A DNA stretch of 64,000 bases from Escherichia phage StefiGeyer_Bas88. The position numbers and the translations under genes were made by a program. The stretch is taken from sequence record PQ850628.1. The stretch is one strand, 5' to 3'. The notes beneath the pieces are model-generated. The model was not told the DNA's origin, searched no databases, and saw only the letters and a list, made by a program, of their open reading frames with translations. Below are positions 39,010 to 48,818 of the stretch, piece after piece. Position 1 is the first letter of the stretch, and each line of letters begins with the position of its first letter.

Positions 39010-40257
39010 TTACAGAGTTACTGCTACTTCACTACCTTCAACAGTTACAGACTCTAACTTACGAGGGTTGTGGACTTGTTGCGGATGAACCGGAACGTTC
39101 CAGCCACTGCGGTAGAAGTTACGACCATCGCAGAACAGAATGACATTGGCAGACATTGCATTAGGTTGCAGGTTGTTATGAACATGACGAATATCTGCAA
39201 TCCAGTAACCACGAGACAACACATAACCAGTAGGTGCATTACGGATTGTCTGAGTATTCATCTGACCTTCCAGTTGCATTTCTTCAGGAACTACATCCAC
39301 TGAATCAACCGGCTGTGCGACTTGGCCTTCCAGTGCGAAGTTTTCATCATCAGCACTTTCACTGTCAGCAACCAATTCACCATCTCCATCTTCAATTGGA
39401 GCTTCAACAGGTGTTGCATAAACCACTTTATACTGAGGAGTATAGAGAGGGTTTTGAGCTTTAACAAACTCAAGGATATTGTGACGGTAGATATCCAGAG
39501 TTGTGCCAGTTAGGCCCGGTGCTGTATTAACTTCCAGTACCCATGCTTCTTGACCTTTGGTGATGATATCAACTGCACCGAAATCTAGACCCATTGATTC
39601 AACAGCTTTCACTGCGTTGATCAGAGAGGCATCGTTCGGAACGTCTGTGAAGGAACTTGAGTAAACCCAACCAGTGTGATGGTTACGAACATCTTCACGA
39701 TAGTTAGGGTCTTCACGATAACCGTTACGACGAATCTTTTTCTGAACATAGGTGATAGCACCTTTGAACACATGGACACGCCATTCACGACGTGGGCCTA
39801 GAATACCTTTGGTGTACAGTTCAGCTTGACCAACTGAATCACGAGGCTCTACAACAATGATACCTGAACCAGAGTGACCAGTCAGTTCATGACGTTCATA
39901 CACAATGTTGCCAGAGTTTGACCACTCCTGAGCAGTTGATTGAACATCTGTATACTCAACAGTTTTAACACCTGCTTGGTCCATTACACTGAAAGCGCGA
40001 CGTTTGTTCGCTGCCATATGTAAGGCTGCGGTACGGTTAAGAACAGTTGCAGAACCAAAGAAGGATTCAGGATAGCGACGGTTCCCGTAGTTCACAACCA
40101 CATCACCCTCACGAGAACGCCAGCGACTGTTCTCTGAAAGAAGACCCATTACGTTAGCGTTGATACGTTCATCACGGATAGTATCGTTAATGGCAGTTAC
40201 CAGAGCGTTAACAGAATCAGAAGGGCCATACGGAAGAACACGGATACGAGTAGTCAT
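39010..40257 (-). CDS. ATP-grasp ligase, RimK-like
   Basis: GLDFGAVDIITKGQEAWVLEVNTAPGL matches the RimK-type ATP-grasp C-terminal motif; acidic insert EDGDGELVADSESADDENF. Confidence 0.6.
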   Translation of the reverse strand: MTTRIRVLPYGPSDSVNALVTAINDTIRDERINANVMGLLSENSRWRSREGDVVVNYGNRRYPESFFGSATVLNRTAALHMAANKRRAFSVMDQAGVKTVEYTDVQSTAQEWSNSGNIVYERHELTGHSGSGIIVVEPRDSVGQAELYTKGILGPRREWRVHVFKGAITYVQKKIRRNGYREDPNYREDVRNHHTGWVYSSSFTDVPNDASLINAVKAVESMGLDFGAVDIITKGQEAWVLEVNTAPGLTGTTLDIYRHNILEFVKAQNPLYTPQYKVVYATPVEAPIEDGDGELVADSESADDENFALEGQVAQPVDSVDVVPEEMQLEGQMNTQTIRNAPTGYVLSRGYWIADIRHVHNNLQPNAMSANVILFCDGRNFYRSGWNVPVHPQQVHNPRKLESVTVEGSEVAVTL

Positions 40258-40259
40258 TT

Positions 40260-40490
40260 TTAGATACCTTTTAGTTTAAGAATTTCGTTACGACAGGATT
40301 GAATTTTAACTTCGATTTCCCAATACTTGGCGAACATCTCGTCTTCTTGGTCATCGCTTGGTGAATCAATTAGGTTAAAAGCAAACGGATACAGCTTTCG
40401 CTGCTCCGTTACCAGTTGTTGAAGTCGGAGTTGTTGATACTCCAGCATTGTCAGGTGAGGCTTAGCTCCCTTGCTTGACATGAGGCTCAA
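40260..40490 (-). CDS. hypothetical small protein
   Basis: 76-aa ORF inside the cluster. Confidence 0.3.
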   Translation of the reverse strand: MSLMSSKGAKPHLTMLEYQQLRLQQLVTEQRKLYPFAFNLIDSPSDDQEDEMFAKYWEIEVKIQSCRNEILKLKGI

Positions 40491-40695
40491 CTTTAATCCC
40501 CTTCAATTTCACATAGTCAGCCAACACGTTGTTGATAACGGTTGGGAAAGGGATTTCAACTGGAGAGTTAACCAGTCCCCCAATACCTTCTTGCATCCAT
40601 TTCTGAATAGCTCGAAGGTTATCACATCCTGTGCTTGTCATTGGGATACGTCGAGTGGTTACAACGTTATCCAACATCAATTTACGAACTTCCAT
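40462..40695 (-). CDS. hypothetical small protein
   Basis: 77-aa ORF inside the cluster. Confidence 0.3.
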   Translation of the reverse strand: MEVRKLMLDNVVTTRRIPMTSTGCDNLRAIQKWMQEGIGGLVNSPVEIPFPTVINNVLADYVKLKGIKVEPHVKQGS

Positions 40696-40706
40696 AACTT
40701 CACCTC

Positions 40707-42710
40707 TTAATGTTTACCTTTACAGTAATCTGAATTACAGATCACCCTGTTTTCTTTGTTTAGTGAGCAAATTTCTGCATCACGCCACGGAATTTGTTTA
40801 TAACAGACCGCACAAAACCCAATTGAAGTCCAGAGGGCTTTTGTGAACTCAGCTGTTCGTTGTCCGTCGTAACTGACAACTGTTTTTCGGAGAGTTGTTT
40901 GCTTTTCTGGAAATGTTTCCGCTTTCTCAGCGGGCACCTCCTTTGGGGCATTCTTTGGACCATAAACAGAGATGGCATAGGTATCGCCACCACGTTTTTC
41001 CAAATAAGAGTTTGGAACATCAGACAGCTCAATATCACCAGAACGTTTAGCTGAACTAGCCATTACAGTCATTCGGCTAAGCATACGCTGATCAACACGA
41101 ACTGCTACTTCAGGGCGACGTGGGTTAGTTGTGTCGACTGCTTTAGTCCAAATGTAACCTTCAGACAATGTAGTGTTAGTCACTTTGTCTTTGATTTCTT
41201 TGGCACAGACATAACAAATATCTTCACCACGAAGTTTACTCATTTCGTTATCAAACTCGAAATCAGTTTTAACATTGCCACATACAGCACAGACACCTAA
41301 AGGAATGTCTTCATCTTCTTCAGACGGTTTGGACAACGCTTCGAAACAGGCCGGATGCCAATATGCTTGGTAAGCGAACACAGCTTTCTTAGCATCTTTC
41401 CATTCAATGTGCTTGTCACAACCGCCACAATCACCATGAGAATGTGATTCCCAGAACTTACGGGTGACTTCCACACCATTCTTAGTGATGAAGGAGTCTT
41501 CTAAATCAAAAGGGATATCATCATCAAAATCAGCGGTGGTGCTTTGAGGCTCCTTATCGGTAGCATCAACAAACAGCCCTGAAGTGAGTACGAGGCGAAT
41601 CATACTGTCCACTTCGGAGATACAAGCAACCGTCCCGCGATACACCACCTTTGGGTTTTCGAGAGCCTTCAAGTATTCACTCTTGGCTACATTATGAACA
41701 TCACCCTCAACATACTCTTGAGCAGCATCATCATAAATATAACCAACCATCTTACCACGGTCAGTGTTGTTGTAAGCGTGGAACTCGTGAGGGATGATAT
41801 CCACACGACCGTCACGACGATACGGAAGACCACGATCGGCAGCCAGTTTATTCTGATCTTCAATCGCTTTACGACGACGAATGTCTCCGCTTGTCACGCC
41901 GGGCTTGTCGTCTTTGTTTCCGTAAATGTCGCTTGTGCTGCTGCTTGACTTGTTTGTCTGTTGGTTCTGATATAGAGAGGAGTTCGAGTAATAGCCGCCC
42001 CAGCGACTCGTTACCGTAAAAACCGGAAGCTTGTGCTCCACCTCTTGAGTCAGAGTCATACGGTTGCCAGACAAATCAAAGATGTATTCAGTTCCCACTT
42101 TACACTCAAAGTGATCATTGATACGGTTCTTGTGTGACTTGGAACGATTAAGAATCCACATCAACATATCTTCTTCAGAAGCACCAAACCAATCCAGACC
42201 ACAACGGGCCAGATGGAAAGGACGTTCATCGTTACGAATGATATGCAGAGTATTGTCTTTGGCGTCATGCCAGATTAAAGTGAACGCACCATCCAACTTC
42301 TGGATAGTCTCTGCTGCGCCGATGGTGTTGATTGAATGACAGATGTTTTCGCTATCAACTTCGAAATTCTTATGATCTGGTAACAGTTCCTGATCTAACA
42401 GTGTACCATTATGAACCAGAGTAATGTCACCATGAGAGAATGGGTGAGCATTTCGAGCATTGACAGCACCACGTGTGGCATGTCGGCTATGACCAACAAT
42501 CCACGATGGAGGAACTACATAGTTCGTAAGCCCCTTAGTAAGATTCGTGTACCCTGTCTGGAGCATGAAGGCATAGGAAGGAAGTGCTTCTTTATAAGAA
42601 AATACTTTTTCATCACCTTTACGCTGACCGAACACACCAGTTGAGTGCTGACCACGGAAGACTCCAGCATACAGAAGCTGGTTGAATACGTCTAAGTCTG
42701 TGGAGGTCAT
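40707..42710 (-). CDS. class-II (Ntn-type) glutamine amidotransferase domain protein with C-terminal zinc ribbons
   Basis: GHSRHATRGAVNARNAHPFSHGDITLVHNGTL matches the GAT-II core; C-terminal CxxC clusters (CGGCDKH, CAVCGN, CYVCAK, CAVCYK); N-terminus is MTSTD, with no Cys at position 2. Confidence 0.55.
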   Translation of the reverse strand: MTSTDLDVFNQLLYAGVFRGQHSTGVFGQRKGDEKVFSYKEALPSYAFMLQTGYTNLTKGLTNYVVPPSWIVGHSRHATRGAVNARNAHPFSHGDITLVHNGTLLDQELLPDHKNFEVDSENICHSINTIGAAETIQKLDGAFTLIWHDAKDNTLHIIRNDERPFHLARCGLDWFGASEEDMLMWILNRSKSHKNRINDHFECKVGTEYIFDLSGNRMTLTQEVEHKLPVFTVTSRWGGYYSNSSLYQNQQTNKSSSSTSDIYGNKDDKPGVTSGDIRRRKAIEDQNKLAADRGLPYRRDGRVDIIPHEFHAYNNTDRGKMVGYIYDDAAQEYVEGDVHNVAKSEYLKALENPKVVYRGTVACISEVDSMIRLVLTSGLFVDATDKEPQSTTADFDDDIPFDLEDSFITKNGVEVTRKFWESHSHGDCGGCDKHIEWKDAKKAVFAYQAYWHPACFEALSKPSEEDEDIPLGVCAVCGNVKTDFEFDNEMSKLRGEDICYVCAKEIKDKVTNTTLSEGYIWTKAVDTTNPRRPEVAVRVDQRMLSRMTVMASSAKRSGDIELSDVPNSYLEKRGGDTYAISVYGPKNAPKEVPAEKAETFPEKQTTLRKTVVSYDGQRTAEFTKALWTSIGFCAVCYKQIPWRDAEICSLNKENRVICNSDYCKGKH

Positions 42711-42817
42711 GTTGCCCCCAGCTAATACGATACCACAAATTTTCTAATCCACCTGAAGGGTAAACCCTTTCATCTAATTAACCTTTAAATGCGCCCTTTA
42801 TCAGAGCGCCCATTGTG

Positions 42818-43918
42818 TTACAGCAGTCGTTCTAATTGCATTTCCAGATGGTCTGGAATGTAATCGGTGATGTTATTATCACTGCTACCTGATTCACGCA
42901 TCAGAGCAAACATGTGACGAATTTCACGAACCGTTGCGATTCGAGTGTTTTCAATCTGAGGGGTGTAATAGGTCATGATCTCTTCATAAACAGAGTTAGC
43001 ATTACCTCGTACATATCCCAAGAAACCGTAGAAGTCACCCATGTCACGCAAGTTGATAAGGATTTCACCATCAGGTCCAGTCTGCTGTACACGAACACGA
43101 CCAACCAGAGTAACAGAATGTTCACGACAGAACAGAATATCACGAGCCAAACGATAACCGCCAGTCAGGTCATCATCATTAGGTGTGTAGTCCAGAGGCA
43201 GATACTGAATCATAGGAGCGAAGCGTAGCTCATTCAGTTTCTCAACATATGCTTCATTGTCCAAATCTGCATACTCAACAGCTAGTTTCTTGAGAACCAA
43301 GAAGCGGTTGACCAGATTAAGGAGTTGGCTTTTCTTCCACTTTGGCTCTGAGATACGAAATTCAACAGAACCAAACTGAGCCAGAGGTAATAGGTTAAGG
43401 GAGGTGTACTTGTCCCAGCTATTAACAAGAGTATTGAAGAAGGCTTCACCATCTCGGTTGAACGCTGCGGAAGCATTCATTACCTGTGCTTGAACAACAG
43501 CAAAGGCAGGACAGAAGTTGCTACGATAGCGATGGTATCCAGAACATTTGAACATCATCTTTTCATAGAACGTCCATCCAAGAATTACTTTCTTCAGGAT
43601 GTTACTATCAGCGTCACGCATATCCATATGAACGTGAGTAGAGCAGCGCCAAGTCCCTTCAGCTTCAGAGTCTTGTACTGCTTCACTCAGATTGTTAATA
43701 GCACTAAGCAATTCTACACCGTTATAAGGCCGTGCACAAACCATCTCACAGCCATCACGAAGTGAACCATCTTCAGTACAAACCCAAAGGTCTGCATCAA
43801 TTTCAGAGGTTCCTTCAACTTCCAGCTCGATGCCAATACCACACTGAAAAGCGATGCTTGGGTGCGGCTCAGCCAGACGAGCATTACGGTATCCAAAAAC
43901 TTGTGCTACGGTTGTCAT
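42818..43918 (-). CDS. amidoligase, glutamine synthetase/GCS2-like (copy 1)
   Basis: GIGIELEVEG and CSTHVHMD motifs typical of carboxylate-amine ligases of the GCS2/amidoligase family. Confidence 0.5.
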   Translation of the reverse strand: MTTVAQVFGYRNARLAEPHPSIAFQCGIGIELEVEGTSEIDADLWVCTEDGSLRDGCEMVCARPYNGVELLSAINNLSEAVQDSEAEGTWRCSTHVHMDMRDADSNILKKVILGWTFYEKMMFKCSGYHRYRSNFCPAFAVVQAQVMNASAAFNRDGEAFFNTLVNSWDKYTSLNLLPLAQFGSVEFRISEPKWKKSQLLNLVNRFLVLKKLAVEYADLDNEAYVEKLNELRFAPMIQYLPLDYTPNDDDLTGGYRLARDILFCREHSVTLVGRVRVQQTGPDGEILINLRDMGDFYGFLGYVRGNANSVYEEIMTYYTPQIENTRIATVREIRHMFALMRESGSSDNNITDYIPDHLEMQLERLL

Positions 43919-44541
43919 AACGTTTCCACCAACTCTACATTATATGATGACAGATCTGAAGAAATATGCTTGAACTTCTCCAGAAGATTTAAAGATTGAC
44001 GACCATTGTCGCCGTAACCAGCAGAAAGATCAACTTGACCTACAAGTGCCCCTTTGTAATAAACTTTACCATCGACAGGGTTGATGTAGATGAAGCGAGT
44101 AACCAGACCTTCGAAGTCAGGATTAAACAGATTATACACCAGCTCTCCCGGAATCGAACGACCCATTGAAGGAGGTGCGCCACGTAATTTGTTCCCCATC
44201 AGACCTTTAGCTCGCTGACGAACAGGGTTGATATGAGTCCAGCTTACCATGTTGTTGCCGTGTTGTAAGTATCCCACATCTGGAGATTCCAGAATAAGGC
44301 TTTGATCAAACACAGGAATGCCCTGAACAACCTGTCGTTCAAACTGCCCTTCGGCGTTCTTAGACCAGCGTTCAACTTCAAAAGTTAAGGCCATTTCTGC
44401 TTCGTGAGAGAAGTCATCTTCTCCAAAGCGGTTTGCTTGGTTCACGTTGAGTACATAAAGAGGTAAGTTAATTCCTCGTTCTGCACGTTGGGCAATCCAT
44501 GTTCCGCAATAATAATGCTGAAAATCTCTTAACAGGCTCAC
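43915..44541 (-). CDS. hypothetical protein in amidoligase cluster
   Basis: 208 aa; start overlaps the upstream stop; no motif. Confidence 0.35.
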   Translation of the reverse strand: MSLLRDFQHYYCGTWIAQRAERGINLPLYVLNVNQANRFGEDDFSHEAEMALTFEVERWSKNAEGQFERQVVQGIPVFDQSLILESPDVGYLQHGNNMVSWTHINPVRQRAKGLMGNKLRGAPPSMGRSIPGELVYNLFNPDFEGLVTRFIYINPVDGKVYYKGALVGQVDLSAGYGDNGRQSLNLLEKFKHISSDLSSYNVELVETL

Positions 44542-44550
44542 GATAACACC

Positions 44551-45357
44551 TTAGATAATCTGGAGTTTAGAGGAGAACTTATCCGCTTCTTTAACATCGT
44601 TGCTATTGATGATGTTGTGAAGCTTTTCGATAGGCAGACGGGAGTGCAGAGACATGAGAATTTCCATATCACAGCCCTGAATAACCTTATCAACTTGATC
44701 GTAAACAAACTTACGAGTGGACTGTTCACCAATCCAGAAGTTCGACAGAGAACGGTATTCAATACCATAATCTTTATAACGAATAGCAGATGCCTTGCCG
44801 TAAAGCTCTTTACGACGAGTGTCCTTATCCATAATTACCGCTGGAAGTGACAAGAAGTAATCACACAGAACACCCAGCATCATCTGAGTCTGTCGAGTTA
44901 CTTCCAAAGACCCTGCAACACCGAGGTGTACGTGACCGCCAGCAGTACGAAGACCTTTGTCTGTCGCTACCGGAGATGGGTTTTTCTGACCAGTGAAGGC
45001 GTTGAAATCAGGAGTACAGCCAAACACAAAGGCTGATGGATGGAATGATTGCAGCTCTTCAGAAGTGTACACATGAGAACTAATCCCAAGTGCAGCTTCC
45101 ATACCACGTTCATTAAGAACTTTGTTGGTCAGATCAATACCACGCTGGATGTTATCATCAAACGCTTCGAACCCTTTCTGTGGGTTAATATCGAATTCAG
45201 CCAGAACGTTGTCTTCTTGAAGACGAACATCAGGGGCCAGATCAATTTTGTTATCTTTAGAACAGCCCAGCTTACCAGCCACAGAGGTGATAATACCAGA
45301 AGCAGTACGAACAAACATTTCAGGGTCAGAACCAATAAGGAAAGCACGCTTAGTCAT
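44551..45357 (-). CDS. amidoligase, GCS2-like (copy 2)
   Basis: RTAGGHVHLGVAGS and EFDINPQ motifs; ATG at 45357 abuts the upstream gene. Confidence 0.45.
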   Translation of the reverse strand: MTKRAFLIGSDPEMFVRTASGIITSVAGKLGCSKDNKIDLAPDVRLQEDNVLAEFDINPQKGFEAFDDNIQRGIDLTNKVLNERGMEAALGISSHVYTSEELQSFHPSAFVFGCTPDFNAFTGQKNPSPVATDKGLRTAGGHVHLGVAGSLEVTRQTQMMLGVLCDYFLSLPAVIMDKDTRRKELYGKASAIRYKDYGIEYRSLSNFWIGEQSTRKFVYDQVDKVIQGCDMEILMSLHSRLPIEKLHNIINSNDVKEADKFSSKLQII

Positions 45358-46300
45358 TGTAATACTCCACAAGTTCATCAAAAAGGGAAACAACACGGGC
45401 ACCAGCTTCTTCTGGTGTCATTGAGGAAGGTACTGCTTGCATCAAGCGTTCAATAAAACTGCGAACAGTAATTCTGTCCATACGCTGATCTAATACTTCA
45501 CGTTTATGGCCTGCACACATTGACCAGAGACGCAACCACTCACTCATACTTTCGTAATAGTCAGGGTCTTGGTCACGACGACGAGCCATACTACGAAGAA
45601 CTCCGTCATTATGGTTTCGTACATAACCATCTCTGTTATCACCAACACCGAACACGTTCTGAACCCATACGTTTTCAGAAAATTCGTCAGTGGTACAGAC
45701 CAGTGGCAAGAATGCAATTGCACTCATTTCGCCAGTAAAATAGGTCGCTGCTGATTCATCATCAGTATCCACATCATGTGAATAATCCCAACGACCAAAG
45801 AAGTTACGACTTAAACCAGCTAAGCGTAAAGCTAAGCCGATTCGTTGTCGCTTGAGTAACTCTTCCTTGTCTTGAACGCCTTCCTGAAGGAACTCCATTC
45901 CCATAAAATCCCCATCCAGATAACTACGGAGGGTCATTAATCCAGTAAACACCTTGTCTGCTGGGTGGTCTCGAAGGTTCACGGCAACTGAGTTCACCGA
46001 AGTGACAGAGAACATGTTTTTATAGCAAGACATTGAGTTAAAAATGTCTGTTGCTTCAACTAAAGCTCTTTCGATATCTTTAGCTGGTACGCCATAAAAA
46101 TTGTGAGGCCAGAAGTTGATAACTCCAACTTCTGAAGTTCTATCACGAAGGCTTGAGAGATTGATACTGTCGCCATTAATGTCTGTAACAGCATACATAT
46201 GCTGACAGTTGAAAGTACCAAAACAAGCTCGCCCTCTGAACACTGACTCACCAAAGTTCTCTGATGGTGTTACCGGAGCAGTCGATGCGGAGATTGACAT
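45350..46300 (-). CDS. hypothetical protein in amidoligase cluster
   Basis: 316 aa; tightly packed with neighbours. Confidence 0.35.
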   Translation of the reverse strand: MSISASTAPVTPSENFGESVFRGRACFGTFNCQHMYAVTDINGDSINLSSLRDRTSEVGVINFWPHNFYGVPAKDIERALVEATDIFNSMSCYKNMFSVTSVNSVAVNLRDHPADKVFTGLMTLRSYLDGDFMGMEFLQEGVQDKEELLKRQRIGLALRLAGLSRNFFGRWDYSHDVDTDDESAATYFTGEMSAIAFLPLVCTTDEFSENVWVQNVFGVGDNRDGYVRNHNDGVLRSMARRRDQDPDYYESMSEWLRLWSMCAGHKREVLDQRMDRITVRSFIERLMQAVPSSMTPEEAGARVVSLFDELVEYYND

Positions 46301-46308
46301 ATTCGCCT

Positions 46309-47526
46309 CTATTTATTGAAGAATAATTTTTCCAAAATGTTTTCCCACTCTTCTGAGGGACGTACTGTATAATTACTACCTGTCAGTCCATTGGACATAC
46401 TACTGATAATGTTATACATGTTGTAGCTTCGAGCTGAAGCTGTTTCATTGTTCCAGTTATAACCGAACACAATTTTAGCAAAAGATGTTTCAGATTCAGC
46501 CACCTCTCGGATAAATTCAACCAAGAGTGACTTTTCTGTGATGATTGGGCGGGTATCTTCCGACAGATGGCAATATTGAGGCAAAAGGATTGGCAAGAAC
46601 ATCGAGTTGTTCACTCGACAATCACGAACACCTTCACTGCGATAGATCAGACTGGAGAAGTCTTCATCACGAAGATGACCTTCACCTCCAGTGTATTCAC
46701 ACTGTCGCCATTTGGTCTGGCGAGGCTCAACCATTGTACTACCAACACCCACTGTATACAGAGATGCTTGGAAGATACAGGAATCGTAATCATTCCCTGT
46801 TAAAGCAACACGTTCGTTACCGAACACATCCACTGAAGAGTTGATCAGTCGGCTGAATGCAAGAGAGGCTAAAGGAGACCAGCCCTTCTTATACATCTTG
46901 TTCAACATTTCATACACAGCAGATTTTTCATCATCTGTATAGAATGTGCGATTCAACATCAGATAGAACAGAGCACGATCAGCGGGACAGCCATCAGTGC
47001 AAACACCCATGAACCCTACTTCATGCCATACCAGACATGAGTCAGAGTCTTTGTCCATGAATGCTGCAAAGGTTTCCATAACAACACGATCAGTGATGTC
47101 AGGACGGTTGTTTTCTTCTGCCCACGTTTCCACATGAGAAGGAGGACGAGGGTCTTCATTTTCTAACCCTTCACGGAAATACTGAGTAGCGATATATTCA
47201 GTATCACCATAACGTCTTACACCGTGAGCTGGAAGATGTGTTCCGGAGTTCCAGATATACTTGATTTCAGACATAGGCAACATATTCTCAAGAACGTTCT
47301 CTTCAGCAGTGCCTTGACGAACCATCATATTTCCACTCCACACCTTGATGCGGATATTCCAGCCGAAATTACTATCGTATGTATTATAGTAATCAGGATC
47401 ACCATCTTCATCATCGTCATAATCACCACCCTGATAGTAACCTGCTTTCAGGAAACCATAACAAGGGGGCCAGACGGTTACAACGTCTTCTGATTCTTTC
47501 CAGCTTTGAAGTGTTACAGGGAACAT
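46309..47526 (-). CDS. hypothetical protein in amidoligase cluster
   Basis: 405 aa with acidic N-terminal stretch GGDYDDDEDGDPDYY. Confidence 0.35.
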   Translation of the reverse strand: MFPVTLQSWKESEDVVTVWPPCYGFLKAGYYQGGDYDDDEDGDPDYYNTYDSNFGWNIRIKVWSGNMMVRQGTAEENVLENMLPMSEIKYIWNSGTHLPAHGVRRYGDTEYIATQYFREGLENEDPRPPSHVETWAEENNRPDITDRVVMETFAAFMDKDSDSCLVWHEVGFMGVCTDGCPADRALFYLMLNRTFYTDDEKSAVYEMLNKMYKKGWSPLASLAFSRLINSSVDVFGNERVALTGNDYDSCIFQASLYTVGVGSTMVEPRQTKWRQCEYTGGEGHLRDEDFSSLIYRSEGVRDCRVNNSMFLPILLPQYCHLSEDTRPIITEKSLLVEFIREVAESETSFAKIVFGYNWNNETASARSYNMYNIISSMSNGLTGSNYTVRPSEEWENILEKLFFNK

Positions 47527-47537
47527 CTTTTACCTCT

Positions 47538-47900
47538 TTACTCTGCTACCAAAAGGCTCAGAGATTTACGAATGTAGGCAATGCTACGGAAGTTTCGATA
47601 GTTCTCTTGGAAGCGCATCTTTTCAAATTCTGCTTCCTGAAGTTCTACCTCTGCTGCATTGTATCCTGCCACAGCCAAACTCACCACATCCTGAGGTAAG
47701 ATATTACGACGACGAATAAGATATTTATTCGCCTTTAGTTTGCTTTGTGCACGAGCCATTTTGGCCTTTGCCGCCTTAATGCCATGAGCAATCCAGAGCA
47801 GTTGCTGCTCCAAATCATTCTCGTCCATGCCACCCAAATCATTTGCTACTTTATGCAGCGTAGACAGGTTCACATGGCCTTTGATGGGGCGTAGGTTCAT
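47538..47900 (-). CDS. hypothetical protein
   Basis: 120-aa helical ORF; ATGA overlap with upstream small ORF. Confidence 0.35.
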   Translation of the reverse strand: MNLRPIKGHVNLSTLHKVANDLGGMDENDLEQQLLWIAHGIKAAKAKMARAQSKLKANKYLIRRRNILPQDVVSLAVAGYNAAEVELQEAEFEKMRFQENYRNFRSIAYIRKSLSLLVAE

Positions 47901-48063
47901 AACTTCTCCTGTTTATCACATTGATTGGTCAGCCAGTTGTAAGCCCCTCTGTTGTTCTTGCTTAACTCACAAGATGCAAAAGAATAGGTTCTGACAAACC
48001 CCACGGTGGCTAAGCAAATAAAGATTGCTGCCAATAAGAACTTAACTTTCAACTTATTATCCA
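47899..48063 (-). CDS. small membrane/exported protein (not in ORF track, <60 aa)
   Basis: Translates to MDNKLKVKFLLAAIFICLATVGFV...; stop overlaps the next ATG. Confidence 0.3.
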
Positions 48064-48269
48064 TACAACCTCTTCTTTGAACTTAAAAAAGGACTCTCCT
48101 AAGAGAGCCAAGCTTTAAGGCCAATTAAATAGATATCACCCAATATCTGTGGATAACCTGCTCTTAAAATATTCTATCCGACGGATGTTCGAGGACTATT
48201 CCTCTCCCTAGCATCGGCCCCATACGGGTAAGATTAAATTAAGTTTAGGTTAGTTGAGCCAGAATAGCT

Positions 48270-48305
48270 CACATAGCCCTCTGATACTCACAAGGGCTAT
48301 AGATG
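48270..48305 (-). repeat. conserved post-stop hairpin element (copy A)
   Basis: ATAGCCC...GGGCTAT stem; about 37 nt near-identical to 53479..53518. Confidence 0.5.
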
Positions 48306-48557
48306 TTACTCTGTGGCTCCGTCAAAGCGAAGGATTGCTGTTGGAACAGGGATTACAACCATGTCAATCTCTAAACGGAAAAGATGTCCTGTACTTAGCT
48401 GAACTGCTGTTACAGGTTTAGCGATACCACCAACAGATGCTGAGGGGATTCGAATAAAGAAATCCCCCGGATATTCCGTTGCACGAAATACATCTCCCGG
48501 TGACATATCCTTTACTTGGATAATTGATTCAGGAGGGGTTTTATTAGCAATTTGCAT
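48306..48557 (-). CDS. small protein, PGDxF family
   Basis: SPGDVFRA motif shared with five other small ORFs. Confidence 0.4.
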   Translation of the reverse strand: MQIANKTPPESIIQVKDMSPGDVFRATEYPGDFFIRIPSASVGGIAKPVTAVQLSTGHLFRLEIDMVVIPVPTAILRFDGATE

Positions 48558-48790
48558 TACAGACCTTTCTTAGCACGATCTTTGGCAGTTTTACCAGTGC
48601 GGATACGATGGGAAACATTAACCAGCTCACCACCTTCGACGATGGTCACGCTTTTATTTTTCGCAATATCAAACACAGATTTCTCTGTGCCGCCCAGACG
48701 AATCTGGCGAGGTTCGCTGAAGGTTTGGGTTGATTTGGACTGGAACTGGAACGGCTGGCGGATGGCATCAATTGCGCTAACTTTAGACAT
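48557..48790 (-). CDS. hypothetical protein
   Basis: 77-aa ORF. Confidence 0.3.
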   Translation of the reverse strand: MSKVSAIDAIRQPFQFQSKSTQTFSEPRQIRLGGTEKSVFDIAKNKSVTIVEGGELVNVSHRIRTGKTAKDRAKKGL

Positions 48791-48818
48791 GTTTCTATTA
48801 CCTTATATTAAAGAGAGA

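Noticed and set aside
38068-47526. Amidoligase cluster as a 7-deazaguanine or hydroxymethyl-pyrimidine DNA hypermodification pathway
   Set aside because: No QueC/QueD/QueE/FolE, DpdA, glycosyltransferase or hydroxymethylase signatures recognised in or near the cluster; DNA modification stays possible but unsupported, so the cluster is reported generically as a conjugation system.
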